The position numbers were made by a program, and so were the translations under genes. Positions 28,818 to 41,925 of a DNA stretch of 64,000 nt are shown here, piece after piece. The DNA is from the human T2T-CHM13v2.0 reference genome, Homo sapiens: NCBI GenBank assembly GCA_009914755.4, contig CP068257.2, positions 28,192,001-28,256,000 on the forward strand. Reading direction: 5' to 3'. The number at the start of each line of letters is the position of its first letter. The first letter of the stretch is position 1. Below the pieces are notes generated by a model that was not told where the DNA came from, did no database searches, and saw nothing but the letters and a program-made list of their open reading frames with translations.

Positions 28818-28876
28818 TTTTAGAATTGACTTTTGAATTCAAAAAGTAAATCATTAGCTGGAGAACTAAGTCACTT
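28818..28876 (-). repeat. Right copy of the inverted repeat pair (partner at 27243-27296)
   Basis: See 27243-27296. Confidence 0.75.
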
Positions 28877-31750
28877 TTGCAAACCAGGGCATGAGCTGTT
28901 GAGGGCACTTTGGGCCTTTTCAAGACCTGAACTTGGGCTCTAGATCTGACATCATAGACAGTCATCTTGTAGTCTCAAACTATCAAACTAGTATGTATTG
29001 GAACCCTGTGAGATATCACTCATTGTCCTTAGGGCTAGGGAAGCAGTGGTGAAAAAGCTAATTCCTAGCCCATTGAGATATTTTATTACGGAGTGAAAGA
29101 GACACAAATTAAAGTAGTAAAATAAAAAAGAATAATATTGGTTACATATAAAGTCTATAGAGACAATTAAAATACAGGAAGTACTACACAGTCTGTCTGC
29201 AACTTCAGATGGCCAGCCAAAAATACCATCTTTAAAGAGTGATATTTAAGCTGAGATCTGAATGTCAAGAAGGAGCATGAGGAAGAGATTTCCAGCAGAG
29301 GAAATAACTAGACCAAAGGCAGCATATAACTTGACATAAGAAATAAGCCCAGCATCTTAGACCAAGTACAGTATATTGCCAGTGAAGTAGGCAGAAGCCA
29401 GGTGGGCCTTGTAGCTCATGATAAGGTATTTGAATTTTATTTGTATGTAATGAGCAGCCAAAGGAGGGTTTTAAGCAGATTAGTGGGATGTTCTAGTTTG
29501 TGTTCTTAGAAGATTAGGGATAGGGGTTGAGAATAGATCAGCTGGGGAAAGAGGCATAGGAAAGACTTGAAACCCAAGACAAGTAAGAAGGTTATGAAAC
29601 CAAATAAACAACCCAGATGAGAGGATGGTGATGGTGAAGGTGAAAAAATTAACTGATTGGTGATGTTTTTGGAGACACGATCGGTAGGATTTTCTGACAG
29701 ATGAAATGGGAGAGATTTTTTTTTCGAGAAGAATCAAGAGCAGCTAGCTCCTAAAGTTTTGGCTTGAACAACTGGGTGGTTTGAGGAATGTTTGGTAAAG
29801 GATGGAAGACTGGAATTGGGGGGAAACACATTTGGAGAGAAAAGCAAGAGCTTAATCTTGGAAATATTGTTTCAGATTCATACGTAAACATCAGTGTAGA
29901 GATTCCAAGCTGGTCCTTGAATATATGTCTAGATTTCTGGGGTACAAGTAGTGTTGGAGCTAGTTGTGGATTGAAAGTCAGCCCAGTGGTGGGTGTTTAG
30001 TATCATGGGGCTGGGAGAGTCATTCAGAGAGACTCTATAGCGGGAGATAAGCAGAGGACCCCAGGCCCCTGGTCTGGCCCCAGAGACTGTGTGGAGGAAG
30101 ATGAACCAGCAGAGGAGAATGAGAAGTTCTGGTAGTGATTTAGGTGGAAAATTATCAGCATACAGCACCAGAGCAGCCAAAAGAATGAAGTAGCCAATTA
30201 TGTTGAAAACTTTGAGGAGTCAAGAGAAATACAGAGAAATGGCATGTGACATGATCACATGATAATTACAAAGTCTCTCAAATGACTGCAATGCCCCTTG
30301 TGTGTTGTGAACACACAATGAATACCTGTGAAATAAAAAGCCACACACAAAATCAGGCTGATCCCAGTGCTGCATTTTTGCTGAACTGAAAATCGTTCAC
30401 ACATCTATTCTGAAATATTTGCTTAGCCCCACCTAAGTACCAGACACTGTCTAAGCACCGATGATATAGAAGGAGAAAATACAGATACAGTTCTTGCTCT
30501 TCTGGGGCTTACATTGCAGTGAATAAAGTTAGACAATCATCAAAAGGCTTATCAATAATTTATTTTCAGATGATGATAAATGCTATGATGAAAATGATGT
30601 AGAGTGATAGGATGCAGAGTGCCTGAGAGAGGCAGGTAGCTTACAGAAATCTCAGCACAAAGAACAGGAGGATGGAGACGTGGCAGACATAAACACTGAG
30701 AGAGCAGTATTTTAGGCACCACAAAGTCGAAGCCTAAGGACCCCGAGGTTGGAATAAATTTGTTATATTTGAGGAACTGCCAGGAGCTCTGCATTGATGG
30801 GATGAGGACTAAGAGGGAGATTATTATGAGATGAGGTAAGAGAGCTAAGGTGGGGGACAGATGATGCAAATCCACAGGAAGGATTTTAGATTTCATCATT
30901 CAAAGTAAAATTGAAAGTTATTGGAGGGGTTTAATCCAAGGGGTTATATGGATATAACTTTGTTTCAGTTTCAAATGTAAAACACTAGTGCAGGTGTAGA
31001 TAATGAGTGAGCATCAAAGTAACGTGGAAGCAGAGAGGTCAATGCGAAAGCTATCATGGTAGCCCAGGCAAGAAAAAATAGTGGCATGAAATAGTGCGAT
31101 AGAAATGAGCAAAGCGGTAAGTGGCAGAGCTGGGATGCCCACAATGGACCTGTCTGACTTCAAATTTGTGTTCTTTCCCATGATTTCACACTGCCTTCCA
31201 AGCCTGGCAATCCCTTGCAGTCTGGCGAGAATGCAGGAGTCAGTTACATAGCTACACGCCAAGTAACTAAGAAATGTTTCTTACAACAATGCATAAATGT
31301 GACAAACTTGGCATTTGTATAAGGAGTTTATGTTAGATCTGTCTGGGAAATAACAATGAAAACAGTGAGTTAAAACACAATAGAAACAACTTAAAGCCTT
31401 TGGCAGGCATTTTTGAGAATTTTTTGTTAGACATTGGCTATTTCCAGAAGACTTCTACCCAACAATAAATAATTTTCATTGTTATGAAAAGGGTAACCCT
31501 TTACATGGAAAACTTAACAAACAACTAATGTTAATATTAAAAGGATAATAAGCTGCTTCATTTCTAAATTAACAACTAAATAATAATCCTCTGATTATAT
31601 ATTTACATTGTTTTTCTTTGGATCTAACTTGGCCATTACTGGATTTAAGATTTGAGTTATCATGTCAAGACTTTAACCACCTTCAGCTCGAACATCAAAC
31701 CACTAAATTTCATCACCCCCTAGTCTCCTGTGAAGGCAGTAATTTTTCCA

Positions 31751-32048
31751 TTTTTATTTATTTATTCAAGACAGAATCTTGCTCTGTTGCCCAGTCTGGA
31801 GTGCGGTGTCACGATCTTGGCTCACTGCAGCATCCGCCTCCCAGGCTCAAGCAATTCTCTTGCCTCAGCCCCGCCGAGTAGCTGGGATTACAGGCAAGTG
31901 CTATCACGCCTGGCTAAATCTTGTGTTTTTAGTAGAGAAGGGTTTCACTATGTTGGCCAGCTGGTCTCGAACTCCCGGCCCCAAGTGATCTGCCCACTTC
32001 GGTCTCCCAGAGTGCTGGGATTACAGGCATGAGCCACTGTGCCTGGCC
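31751..32048 (-). mobile_element. Alu SINE, minus orientation
   Basis: tttttatttatttattcaagacagaatcttgctctgttgcccagtctggagtgcggtgtcacgatcttggctcactgcag ... ggattacaggcatgagccactgtgcctggcc. Possible short TSD atttttc(c/a)a on both flanks. Confidence 0.95.
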
Positions 32049-32756
32049 TATTTTTCAATTTTTAGAGAAAATAAAGGTAATAGAATAACAATTCCTCTGC
32101 TCTCTCTGAGAAGGTGACAATGAAGAATGACCCTCTCTCCACTCAGAGAAGGCTGGATTCTTCAATAGTGACGTTTGCCCATGAAACCCAGTGCATGTTG
32201 TCCTTCTGCCTCATCTCTTCTGCAGTACCAGGTCCTATGTCAGGGGCTCCCAGTGTCTCCCTGGAACCTCTTAATGACAGCAATTATCAGTCACCTCTGT
32301 CAGCTCTCCTTCCTTTAGGAAGTGACTCCCCGGCGGCTGTTCCTATGGGGACCCAGGTATTTCTTATTTCCTCTCAGTGCTAGAAAAATACCCAGGTCTC
32401 CCAGTTGCAGCTGGACTACTCTGTTGTGAAATATCAGGGCAGTTCACAGCATTGCCTTTTACAACAATTGCATGAAAGTCTTCAGAGGAGTTTGTTTCGG
32501 GAGCTAAGGGGCTGCACAAGAGAAGCAGCTAGCTCATGATACCACTCCTGCCAAGCCATGCCTGTAGCTCTGCTCAGTGACAGAGTCTGGCTTTTCATTG
32601 GTGCAAAATCTCATTCTCCTTGAAGAAGATTTACTTCATAGAAAAGCCCTTCACTCCACCCTGGCAGTCTCAGAAGTCATATACTCAAGGGGCCAAACAC
32701 ACAACTTCTTTGCACACCTCCCCACAGGATCAAAGGATCCTAGCCACAGCTTTGGC

Positions 32757-32851
32757 AGTTCTGAAGTTTCTCAGGAAAGTGATACAACATAAATTCTACA
32801 TTTTTTTTGTAGAATTTATGTTGTATCACTTTCCTGAGAAACTTCAGAACT
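32757..32851. other. Perfect inverted repeat (hairpin/cruciform-capable): 44-bp arms at 32757-32800 and 32808-32851, separated by a 7-nt T loop
   Basis: agttctgaagtttctcaggaaagtgatacaacataaattctaca + ttttttt + tgtagaatttatgttgtatcactttcctgagaaacttcagaact. The arms are exact reverse complements. The right arm ends exactly where the truncated L1 begins (32852). Confidence 0.95.
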
Positions 32852-33266
32852 CACATATACACCATCGAATACTATGCAGCCATAAAAAATGATGAGTTCA
32901 TGTCCTTTGTAGGGACATGGATGAAGCTGGAAACCATCATTCTCAGCAAACTATCGCAAGGACGAAAAACCAAACACCGCATGTTCTCACTCATAGGTGG
33001 GAATTGAACAATGAGAACACTTGGACACAGGAAGGGGAACATCACACACCGGGGCCTGTTGTGGGGTGGGGGGAGGAGGGAGGGATAGCATTAGAAGATA
33101 TACCTAATGTAAATGACGAATTAATGGATGCAGCACACCAACATGGCACATGTATATATATGTAACTAACCTGCACGTTGTGCACATGTACCCTAGAACT
33201 TAAAGTATAATAAAAAAGTATATATATATAAAATAAAATGAAATAAAAAAACAAAAAAAAATAAAT
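32852..33266 (+). mobile_element. LINE-1 3' end (end of ORF2 plus 3' UTR, L1PA-like), 5'-truncated, with an A-rich tail
   Basis: cacatatacaccatcgaatactatgcagccataaaaaatgatgagttcatgtcctttgtagggacatggatgaagctggaaaccatcattctcagcaaactatcgcaaggacgaaaaaccaaacaccgcatgttctcactcataggtgggaattgaacaatgagaacacttggacacaggaaggggaacatcacacaccggggcctgttgtggggtggggggagg...cctaatgtaaatgacgaattaatggatgcagcacaccaacatggcacatgtatatatatgtaactaacctgcacgttgtgcacatgtaccctagaacttaaagtataataaaaaa is the canonical primate L1 3' end. The tail is aaaagtatatatatataaaataaaatgaaataaaaaaacaaaaaaaaataaa. Confidence 0.9.
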
Positions 33267-34939
33267 TGTAAGAAGGCTCAAGAATCATTATTGATAGGAA
33301 TAATGTATTTTAAATTACTGACAGTTCCACTGCCCTCTCTTCTAGCCTCACAGAATGATAGTCAACAGCTAAGAAATTTCCAAGAAGTACTTGAATGTAG
33401 GGGGCACTCCCGTCTCCTCACACTGGGAAGGTAAGACTGCAAGGCTTCTTTCAAGTCCAGCAGTAATGCACTTGGCCAGTTGACATCAAAGGTGGGTCCT
33501 GAGGCTGAAAAGGATGATTTTGATTTATCAGCACTGGGTGGGGACGCTAACCTGGGCTCCCGATTCTTCTCTGATAAGCACCACATTATTATCTTGCTAG
33601 GCCTGAGAATGCTCTTTCATGTTTTGGAATTTGTAGTCAGACAAATGAAGTTTGAATTCTGCCTCTGCTCTTTTCTATCTGGGAGAGCCCAGGCAGGTAT
33701 TGTAACTTTTGAGTAGCTTAGTTCTATCTTATGTAATGTGGAAATAATGATACGTAACTCATGGTTTATAGGCAGAAGTAAATGAGAAACCATCTATAGT
33801 ACTCAGGACTCATCTTGGCACACTGTGTTTATTCAATAAATACCAGTGATTATTATATATTGCTCTTCATTTACAAAGGAAGAAAGTGCAGGGCATAAAG
33901 GGACCTCACTTGATGTTTCATAAAGACACATCATGGAGGAAAGAATAAGAATCAAAGACTTTTAACTTTCACTCTAGGCCAGGGTTTGTTAAGAGACCAA
34001 TAGCATACGAGTAAGATGCCTGGTGTCTAACTGATCCTCTTGGGGACTCCAGAGAAAATAAGAGGCTATCTACTCTAAGCCTTTTGACTGCTGGAAACCT
34101 CCTAGCTGCAGCTTGTGAGCCCTGGGCAGAGTTACAGCCTGCTGCTGTTACTGCCAACCTGGGGGAGTGACAGCATAATTGGATGCCTCTCTGTCTTTTG
34201 GCTCAAGACAAGGGCAAGGAAGAATGCCCACCTGCAGGGAGGAAGTAGAGTCCAGAAGACAGAAATTTTGACAAATAGGGAACTCATCTGCCTCTCTCAC
34301 CAGCTCTGTCCTCATCTTAGATCTGCAAGCCCTCACCTGAGCTCCCTTCCTGAATGACTTGAACCACAGGGACAAATTATGTCCACAAATGGGTCAAAGA
34401 TAACTATGTGCCACACCAGGAGGGTATGTAGGATTTGTGACCTTTGGATTGCAATTATTTGTTGACAACGCCTTTGGCAATGTGGTTGCTTTAAATGCAA
34501 AGCATGTAGCTGAGACATGAGTGTAATTTGGAGGAGAGTTAGATAATTATTGCATCGTTTAAATATTTATATATTTAAAAAAATTTAAATTGTAGAGTGA
34601 AAGAAGCAGTGCAAAAGAACATCTAGATCCATAGTTTTCAATACAGTAGCCACTAGCCTCATGTGGCTTTTGAACATTTGAAAGAGCCAGTGGCTGGTCC
34701 AGATTGAGTATGATATAAATAGGAGATATGAATATTGAAGAGAGTATAAACATAGAAAAACATTAATTTTAACTATCACATATTGGAAATGATAATATTT
34801 TGGATATATGGAGTTAACAGAATATATTATAAAATTCATTTCATCTGGTTTTTTTTTTTAACTTCTTTCAAAGTGGCTACTAGAAAATTTTAAATTACGT
34901 ATGTGACTCACTTTTGTGGTAGAGTCATTGAAATTTTTT

Positions 34940-35855
34940 GCAAAGACAAGCATGTCATCTGGAAATAAGAGATAGTTTTATGTCTTCCAATCTCCCGGTT
35001 GTCTATTTCTTTTATTTGCCTATTGCAGTGGCAAGAACTTTCAGCCTCATGTTGAATGATAGAAATGAGAAAGAATGTCTTTCTTCGTTCCCAATCTTAT
35101 GGGGAAATCACTCAGTCTTTCATCATTAAGATGATAACTGTAGCTTTTTGTACTTACTCTTTTTTTTTTCTTTTGGAGACAGGGTCTCACTCTGTCACCC
35201 AGGTTGGAGTGCAGCAGTGCAGTCTCAGCTCACTGCAACTCTGCTACCTGGGCTCAAGTGATTCTCCTATCTCAGCCTCCTGAGTAGTTGGGACTACAGG
35301 CACATGCCACTAAGCCTGGCTGATTTTTGTATTTTTTTTGTAGAGACAGGGTTTTGTCATATTGCCCAGGCTGGTCTCAAACTCCCGGACTCAAGCGATC
35401 TGCCCTCTTCGGCCTCCCAAAGTGTGGGATTATAGGTGTGAGCCAACACGCCCGGCTGCACTTACTCTTAATCAAACTCATTCCCTTCTTTTCCTAACTT
35501 GCTGAGAATCTTTCTAATGAATGAATATTGGGTTTTGCCAAATGTATTTTCTGCATAAATGTATTTGATTATATGCATTTTTCTTGTTTTGCCTGTTGAT
35601 ATGGTGGATTGCATTAATTTCTTTGTAAATCTTGAACCAGCCTTAAATACCTAGAATAAGTCCATTTAATTATGTTGTATAATTCTTTTTAATATGTTAT
35701 TGGATTCAGCTTGCTAATATTTTGTTGGGGATTTTTGCATCAAAATCTTTGAGAGATATTGTTTTGTAGTCCTTGTTATGTTTTCAATTTTTAATTTTGT
35801 ATTGTCTTTGTCTAGGTAATATTGCCCTTATAATTATTACTTATATTTAATTTAT
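34940..35855 (-). mobile_element. Older L1 (L1P/L1M) ORF2-region fragment, antisense; interrupted by the Alu at 35161-35456 and bounded by the Alu at 35850
   Basis: caagcatgtcatctggaaataagagatag...cctcatgttgaatgatagaaatgagaaagaatg corresponds to L1 antisense ...ATCATGTCATCTGCAAACAGGGACAATTTGAC...ACACTATGTTGAATAGGAGTGGTGAGAGAGGGCATCC. After the Alu, tattttctgcataaatgtatttgattatatgcatttttcttg...cttgaaccagcc...ggattcagcttgctaatattttgttggggatttttgcatcaaaatctttgagagatattgttttgtagtcc corresponds to antisense ...CTTTTCTGCATCTATTGAGATAATCATGTGGTTTTTG...TTGAACCAGCC...GGATTCGGTTTGCCAGTATTTTATTGAGGATTTTTGCATCAATGTTCATCAAGGATATTGGTCTAAAATTC. These matches are from memory of the L1 consensus. Confidence 0.7.
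35161..35456 (-). mobile_element. Alu SINE, minus orientation, inserted into the L1 fragment
   Basis: tttttttttcttttggagacagggtctcactctgtcacccaggttggagtgcagcagtgcagtctcagctcactgcaac ... gtgtgagccaacacgcccggc. TSD (tg)tacttactct (35149-35160) / (tg)cacttactct (35457-35468). Confidence 0.95.
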
Positions 35856-36138
35856 GTTTTTTAGAGATAGAGTCTTGCCCAGGCTGTGGTGCAATGGCAT
35901 GATCATGGCTCACTGAAACCTTGATCTCCTGTACTCAAGTGATTCTCCCACCTCAGCCTCCCCAGTAGCTGGGACTACAGGTGTGCACCACCAGGCCTGG
36001 CTAATTGTCTTATTTTTTTGTGGCAATAGGGTCTCCCTATGTTGCCTAGTCTGGTCTCAAACTCCTGGCCTCAAGCAACCCTCTTGCCTTGACCTTTCAA
36101 ATTACTGGTATTACAGGCATGAATCATCACACCTGGCC
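35850..36138 (-). mobile_element. Alu SINE, older and more diverged, minus orientation
   Basis: ttttttagagatagagtcttgcccaggctgtggtgcaatggcatgatcatggctcactgaaacc ... ctggtattacaggcatgaatcatcacacctggcc. Possible TSD acttatattt / acttattttt. Confidence 0.9.
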
Positions 36139-37599
36139 ACTTATTTTTATATGAAAATATTTTCTTCATCTTTTTTCCTCCACCAAATTCTTGTTGTAGG
36201 CTATTTTGTACCTCACATTTTATAATCAAATATGTTATTTTTAATTGTGGACTTTTTAAAGAAATTAAATTTAAAAACTTTCTATCAGTGTATATTGTCT
36301 AATTTATTGTTTGTCATTCAACAGTAAAACAGGATTTATTAGCTCTCCATGACCCAGCCTAGTTTGAAGATCAAAATCCAGGGTATCTACAGATCCGCTC
36401 CAGCTCCCCAAAGTCATCCATCATGAGGTGTGGGTGCAATGGCTCATCCTCCTATAACCTTCCTCATTTATCATGACATCTTGGACTCCAAATCATCGCT
36501 TTGTGCAGGTGTAACTTATGTTCTTTGGTTTACTGTAGGAAACAAAAAAACACTACAGGAGAGGAAGCAATAGCAAACATTCAGTGAAACTAAGTCATAT
36601 GCTTTTAATGAACCCCTTGTTTGTAAAGACAGATCAGTCAAATGCCCCCTAGGCAGACTATTTATATTTATGTTACCACTATCCAGGGTCTGGAATTGAA
36701 GATTTATGTGCTATGCTAAACACAGAACAAAACTAATTACCCAGCAGGTGAAATTTTTATGACAACAAAGACCTCAATATTTGGTCTGCTGGCAGTATTC
36801 CAATACTGATGGACAACTGTATAAAGATTTATAAAGATTCTGATTTCTCTGAGTTTAATGGATTAACTCTTGACAGTACCTGTGTATTTATCTCTGTGTA
36901 TCTATGTGTGTATATGTGTCTGTGAATCCATGTACTCAAATATTCTACAAATACTGGACCATAAAATTATTTTGATGTTGTTTTTGAAAATCATATTCTG
37001 ATACTTCAATAACTGAACAGTATATGTGTGATTTCCACACATAAATTTGATAAGCTTCTATTGGAGAGCTTTTATAAAAATACAGATTCTTGATATCCGT
37101 TGCTAGAAATTCTGATTCAGTAAGTCAGGGGTGGAGGTCCAAAAACCATATATCACGTGTGTCAACAGCACCCCAAAACTTTTTATGTGTGGTTGCCCAG
37201 AATTGCTTTGATTTTTAAATCAGTTTGTACTCTATAGAGTTAATAAACAAAACTACAAGCTCACTGTACAAAAAAAGAGAGGTTTTCTATTTTACCTTTC
37301 AGATTACTAGATTCCCAAACCCCAGCTCATCTGCTTTTAACTCTTTTAGCTATTAATATTTCATTTGGCATTTAGACACTTTAAAAAATTATGTTCACAC
37401 TAGTTGTCCTGGTTTTCTTCTTCTTTTGACATTGTCTATTATGCAAAAGGAGAATTTAGCTCACTTAGAAACCACGGACCTGCTTTTTCTTGTACTCCTG
37501 TCATTCTTCCAATGTTGTTTTATCACAATTTTTAAAAGATCAGCCATGAGTATTTTCATGATTACAACTCTTTAAATATGGTTCACGGTGGAGGAATGT

Positions 37600-38620
37600 A
37601 ATAAACTATTTTATGTTTTTGCGCAGCCCTGTGTTTTTTAAGGCAGGTAATACTTTTACTCATTTGTTTAGTTTGGTACAGATAGCTATCACACATTCTT
37701 CCCCTTCAGTCACCTACAGAATTACATACTTCTTCTCAATAAGGCCAAGCACATTAAATAATTTATTAGTTCGGTTTTTTCCCTTGGAGTCCTCATGTTT
37801 ACATCCCTTCATCCTCCTGTTCCAATAGGAATTCGTTGTTGTCTAGGTCTGCCATATCGTGAAACCTCCCTTTAATCATTATTTTGGAGATTCTCTGGCC
37901 ACTCTCTGTTATTTGGATCCTCCCTCATTCCAGTGAAGTATATTTAACAGATTTTTTTTTTTTTCCAAGACAAGATGCCTTGGAGGTATATTGTGAAGAC
38001 TGTGTTTGTGATCAGGTCTTAATTTTGCCTTCATGCTTGATTGATAACCAGGCTTATTAGAAATGTTTAGTTAAATATCATTTTCTGTCAAAATTTCAAA
38101 GACATAATTTCATTATTTTTTACTTTTCTTGGCCACAAAAAGTCTGATGTTATTCTGCTTTACAAGCATTACATGCAGGGAATTCCTCTCTCTCTGTCTC
38201 ATTCTCTTAAAAAATTTCTTCTACCCTACTTTCTCTGAATTTTGACCTCTTAAATCAATACTCAAATCTTACCTTTAAAGTTCCATTTTCTATGTATTTT
38301 CCGTTTTATTTGAATTTGTGAGAGAATTCTCAATTTTACCTTTTAAACCCTTCTATTAAGTTTTATTTCAAACATCATAATTTAATAACCAACAGGTCTT
38401 TCTTATTCTCTTATTTTAAAAAGAATGTGTTATTATTTGATGGATGTTCTATCTAATCTCATCTCCCTGAAGATATTATAATAGTGTAGTTTGAACTTTT
38501 TTTCTGCTTCTTATATTGCCTTAATTTTATTTTTTTCCTTCTCTTTGTTCATTATGCACTTTGTCTTTAATGTGAAATTTCTGTAAGTGCCTGTTCATCG
38601 TTTGTTGTCCATCAGTTCTT
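37600..38620 (-). mobile_element. Possible ancient L1 fragment(s), antisense
   Basis: A T-rich stretch with L1-antisense-like composition and a few short motifs. Not verifiable here, so very low confidence. Confidence 0.2.
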
Positions 38621-39350
38621 AAGTATGTGGAACTAGAAGCTCTGTCAGCCTGTGTGGGACCTGACGGACTTTACCATACAGGAAGCTCTACTCAACCCAA
38701 GGAGATTTTGCCCACACAGGAAATCTGGTAGTGTCTAAAGCCATTATTGATGGTCACGATTGGGTTGGGGTTGCTACTGGTATTTAAGGGACAGAGGCCA
38801 AGTAATGCTGCTAAGCATCCTACAACATTCAGAACAGTCCCACAATGAAGCATTATCCAGCTCTGAATATCACTGATGCCACTCTTGATAAACCCTAAGG
38901 TAGAGTGATCAGGAAGTAAGTTCCCTGCTGCATTCTTCCACAGGTTACTGTATACAGGACTTTTTTCCCTTGTGTCTATTTTTACAAAGCAGAATTTTCT
39001 GAACTCCTGCCTACAGTAGGTGAGTCAAATAATATTTTAGACATAATGTTATAGTAGCACCATGATTCAAAAAGCATGTTTATTGTCAATTCAAAATTTT
39101 ATGTACTATAATTTATTTCAGACATAACTGTGATTATTTACGGTACATTTCTCACATCCCCACTCCAAATAAAAACAACTTTTCTGGGCCTCTATTCATT
39201 TAGCATTCTATATTTCCTAAAAATGTTCATAAATACATTAAATCTGACCTTTTAAAAATGAAAACACTTTTATACCATTTACTAGAATAAATACGTAAAA
39301 TTCTGGGCTTCAACTTGAGAAGTAATAATCAGCTCTGCTAGTTCTATCAC

Positions 39351-39410
39351 AGTAAACACAATGAAATGTGTAAACACAATGAAATGTGTAAACACAATGA
39401 AGACAAGCAG
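39351..39410. repeat. Tandem repeat, 19-bp unit (taaacacaatgaaatgtg), about 2.7 copies
   Basis: acagtaaacacaatgaaatgtgtaaacacaatgaaatgtgtaaacacaatgaagac. Confidence 0.9.
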
Positions 39411-39921
39411 ATTTCAGCAAGGGCACTAATTTTGCAAACACTGGGAACCTCAAACATCACTTAAAGGAGGATATGATTGCATAAATTATGGGGCATATAT
39501 GTGAGAAAATGCCATTCATTCATTAACAATAGAAGTTTTTGAATTAATGACATAAGAAATGTGTGTCCCAATATTAAGTGAAAGATGCATAGTAACTTTG
39601 AAACAAATCTTGGAAATATTTTTCAAAATAAAATATGCGTATATTCTTTGACCAAGTCATTCCAGTTTTCACAAATCTATAGTGTGGCATGACCCCCAAA
39701 TGTGCAAATATGTTTGTATAAAGATCTTCACCATCGTTTGTGACGATGGCAAAAGCCACAGCCCTAATGTGTCTTGGTAGGCTTGTTAGATAAAGCACAG
39801 AAACCAGGGTACTTGCATGCAATGCCCTGGACAGTGGTCATTTAGAAGAACAAGGATGACTGACATCTGCTAAGAAGGGAGCACATTCCATGTTTATCAT
39901 CAGTACCAAAAGAGTTTTTAC

Positions 39922-40213
39922 TTTTTTTTTTTCTTTTAAGATAGGGTCTCCTTCTGTTGCCCAAGCTGAAATTCAGTGGCACAATCACTTTTCACTATAA
40001 CCTCAACCTCCCAGGTTCAATCAATCTCCCATCTCAGCCTCTGGAGTAGCTGGGACTAGGCAAACACAGTAGGTGGTATAGGTACACACCACCAAGCCCA
40101 GCTAACTTTTGTAATTTTTTGTAGAGACAGGGTCTTGAACTCCTAAGCTAAAGTGATCTGCACCTGCCTCAGCCTCCCAAAGTGCTGAGATTACAGGTAT
40201 GAGCCACTAAGCC
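39922..40213 (-). mobile_element. Alu SINE, old and diverged with internal deletions, minus orientation
   Basis: cttttttttttttcttttaagatagggtctccttctgttgcccaagctgaaattcagtggcacaatcac ... gattacaggtatgagccactaagcc. TSD gagtttttac (39912-39921) / gaatttttac (40215-40224). Confidence 0.9.
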
Positions 40214-41365
40214 AGAATTTTTACATGTTTAATTGTTTTTAATTGCTTTCATTTTTTTTTTAAAGGAAGCACATGAAACTGCACCTGCTATTACCTCTGG
40301 GATGTGGAATGGAAGTTAGAAACAAAATTTCTACTTTTCAATTTAGCCCATTAGTTACTGTTTGACATTTTCACAATGAGCATTATTTTTATTATTAACA
40401 ATAAATCACAGTCTGGAAACTTGGCCATGGTAGTGGTGGGTAAAGATGGGGGACTTTTGGATCTAAAATTGGGAAGTGAAAACAAAAGAAGTGGGGATGA
40501 CACTTCTGATGAACTGAGCAAGTACAAAATAATGAAGACGTCAAAGATTACGGCATGTCATTAAAAAGCATGTTGAAATAACAGTATGGCACACAAAATT
40601 CAAATGATGTTTTGAAGTGTTATTCTTGCAAAAGAAAACAAATTTTGAGCTTTGTATTCAAAATTGGTTCTGACATTTCTTGTCACAAAAACTCTAGGTA
40701 TATATAGAGTAGAGAAAAACAAATTTCATCAAACAAAGTACACTTGAATATCTACGTGGCCTTTTGAGTCCTGCACTCAGTTTGGCTCTTTCAAATGTCT
40801 AATTCATTCAGCATGTGAGCCTCACATATTTGTTTGAACCCAGTGGATGGTCAATAGATTTGTATTCTGTCCTTTATGTCATCATTAATAAATTACATAC
40901 AAAACATTTGGGAACAAAAAGTCTAATGACATTTTTAGTATACGCTCAATAACCTTTTGGAAAACACTCCATGTCTCTTGTTTCTGGGTGCAGGTAGTGA
41001 CTTTTAAATCTGTTAGAATTTAGAAGCATTGAAGACCACTTAGCTTGCCTCTTAGTGTGGAGCTGCTTTAGTGAATTAGAATAAAAGATCCTTAGAGACA
41101 ACAGCTATAAAGCTGTTTCACAATGAAAGCAAAAGAAGCGATACGACAGATGAATAAAGAAAACATAAACTAAGCTTAAAAAATAGAACAAAGTGAAGAA
41201 AAATAAAGAAAGGAGAAGATGAAGAGGACCAGGCAGAAAAGGGATAGGAGGGCTGAAGAGAGGAGGAAGGGACAGAAACTCCTAGTGTGTACCTAAGTTA
41301 CCCCTAGAAAAGTGAATCTGTAGCTTCATTATTCCATCACCACGACTTCAGAAAAAGCTACGAAG

Positions 41366-41925
<560 letters not shown>

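Noticed and set aside
29040-30230. Block that feels like an ancient L2/MIR-era interspersed repeat (gtatttgaattttatttgtatgtaatgagcagccaaaggagggttttaagcag ... ggcttgaacaactgggtgg)
   Set aside because: I have only a vague resemblance from memory to an old mammalian repeat consensus. I cannot place its family, strand or boundaries, so I left it unannotated.
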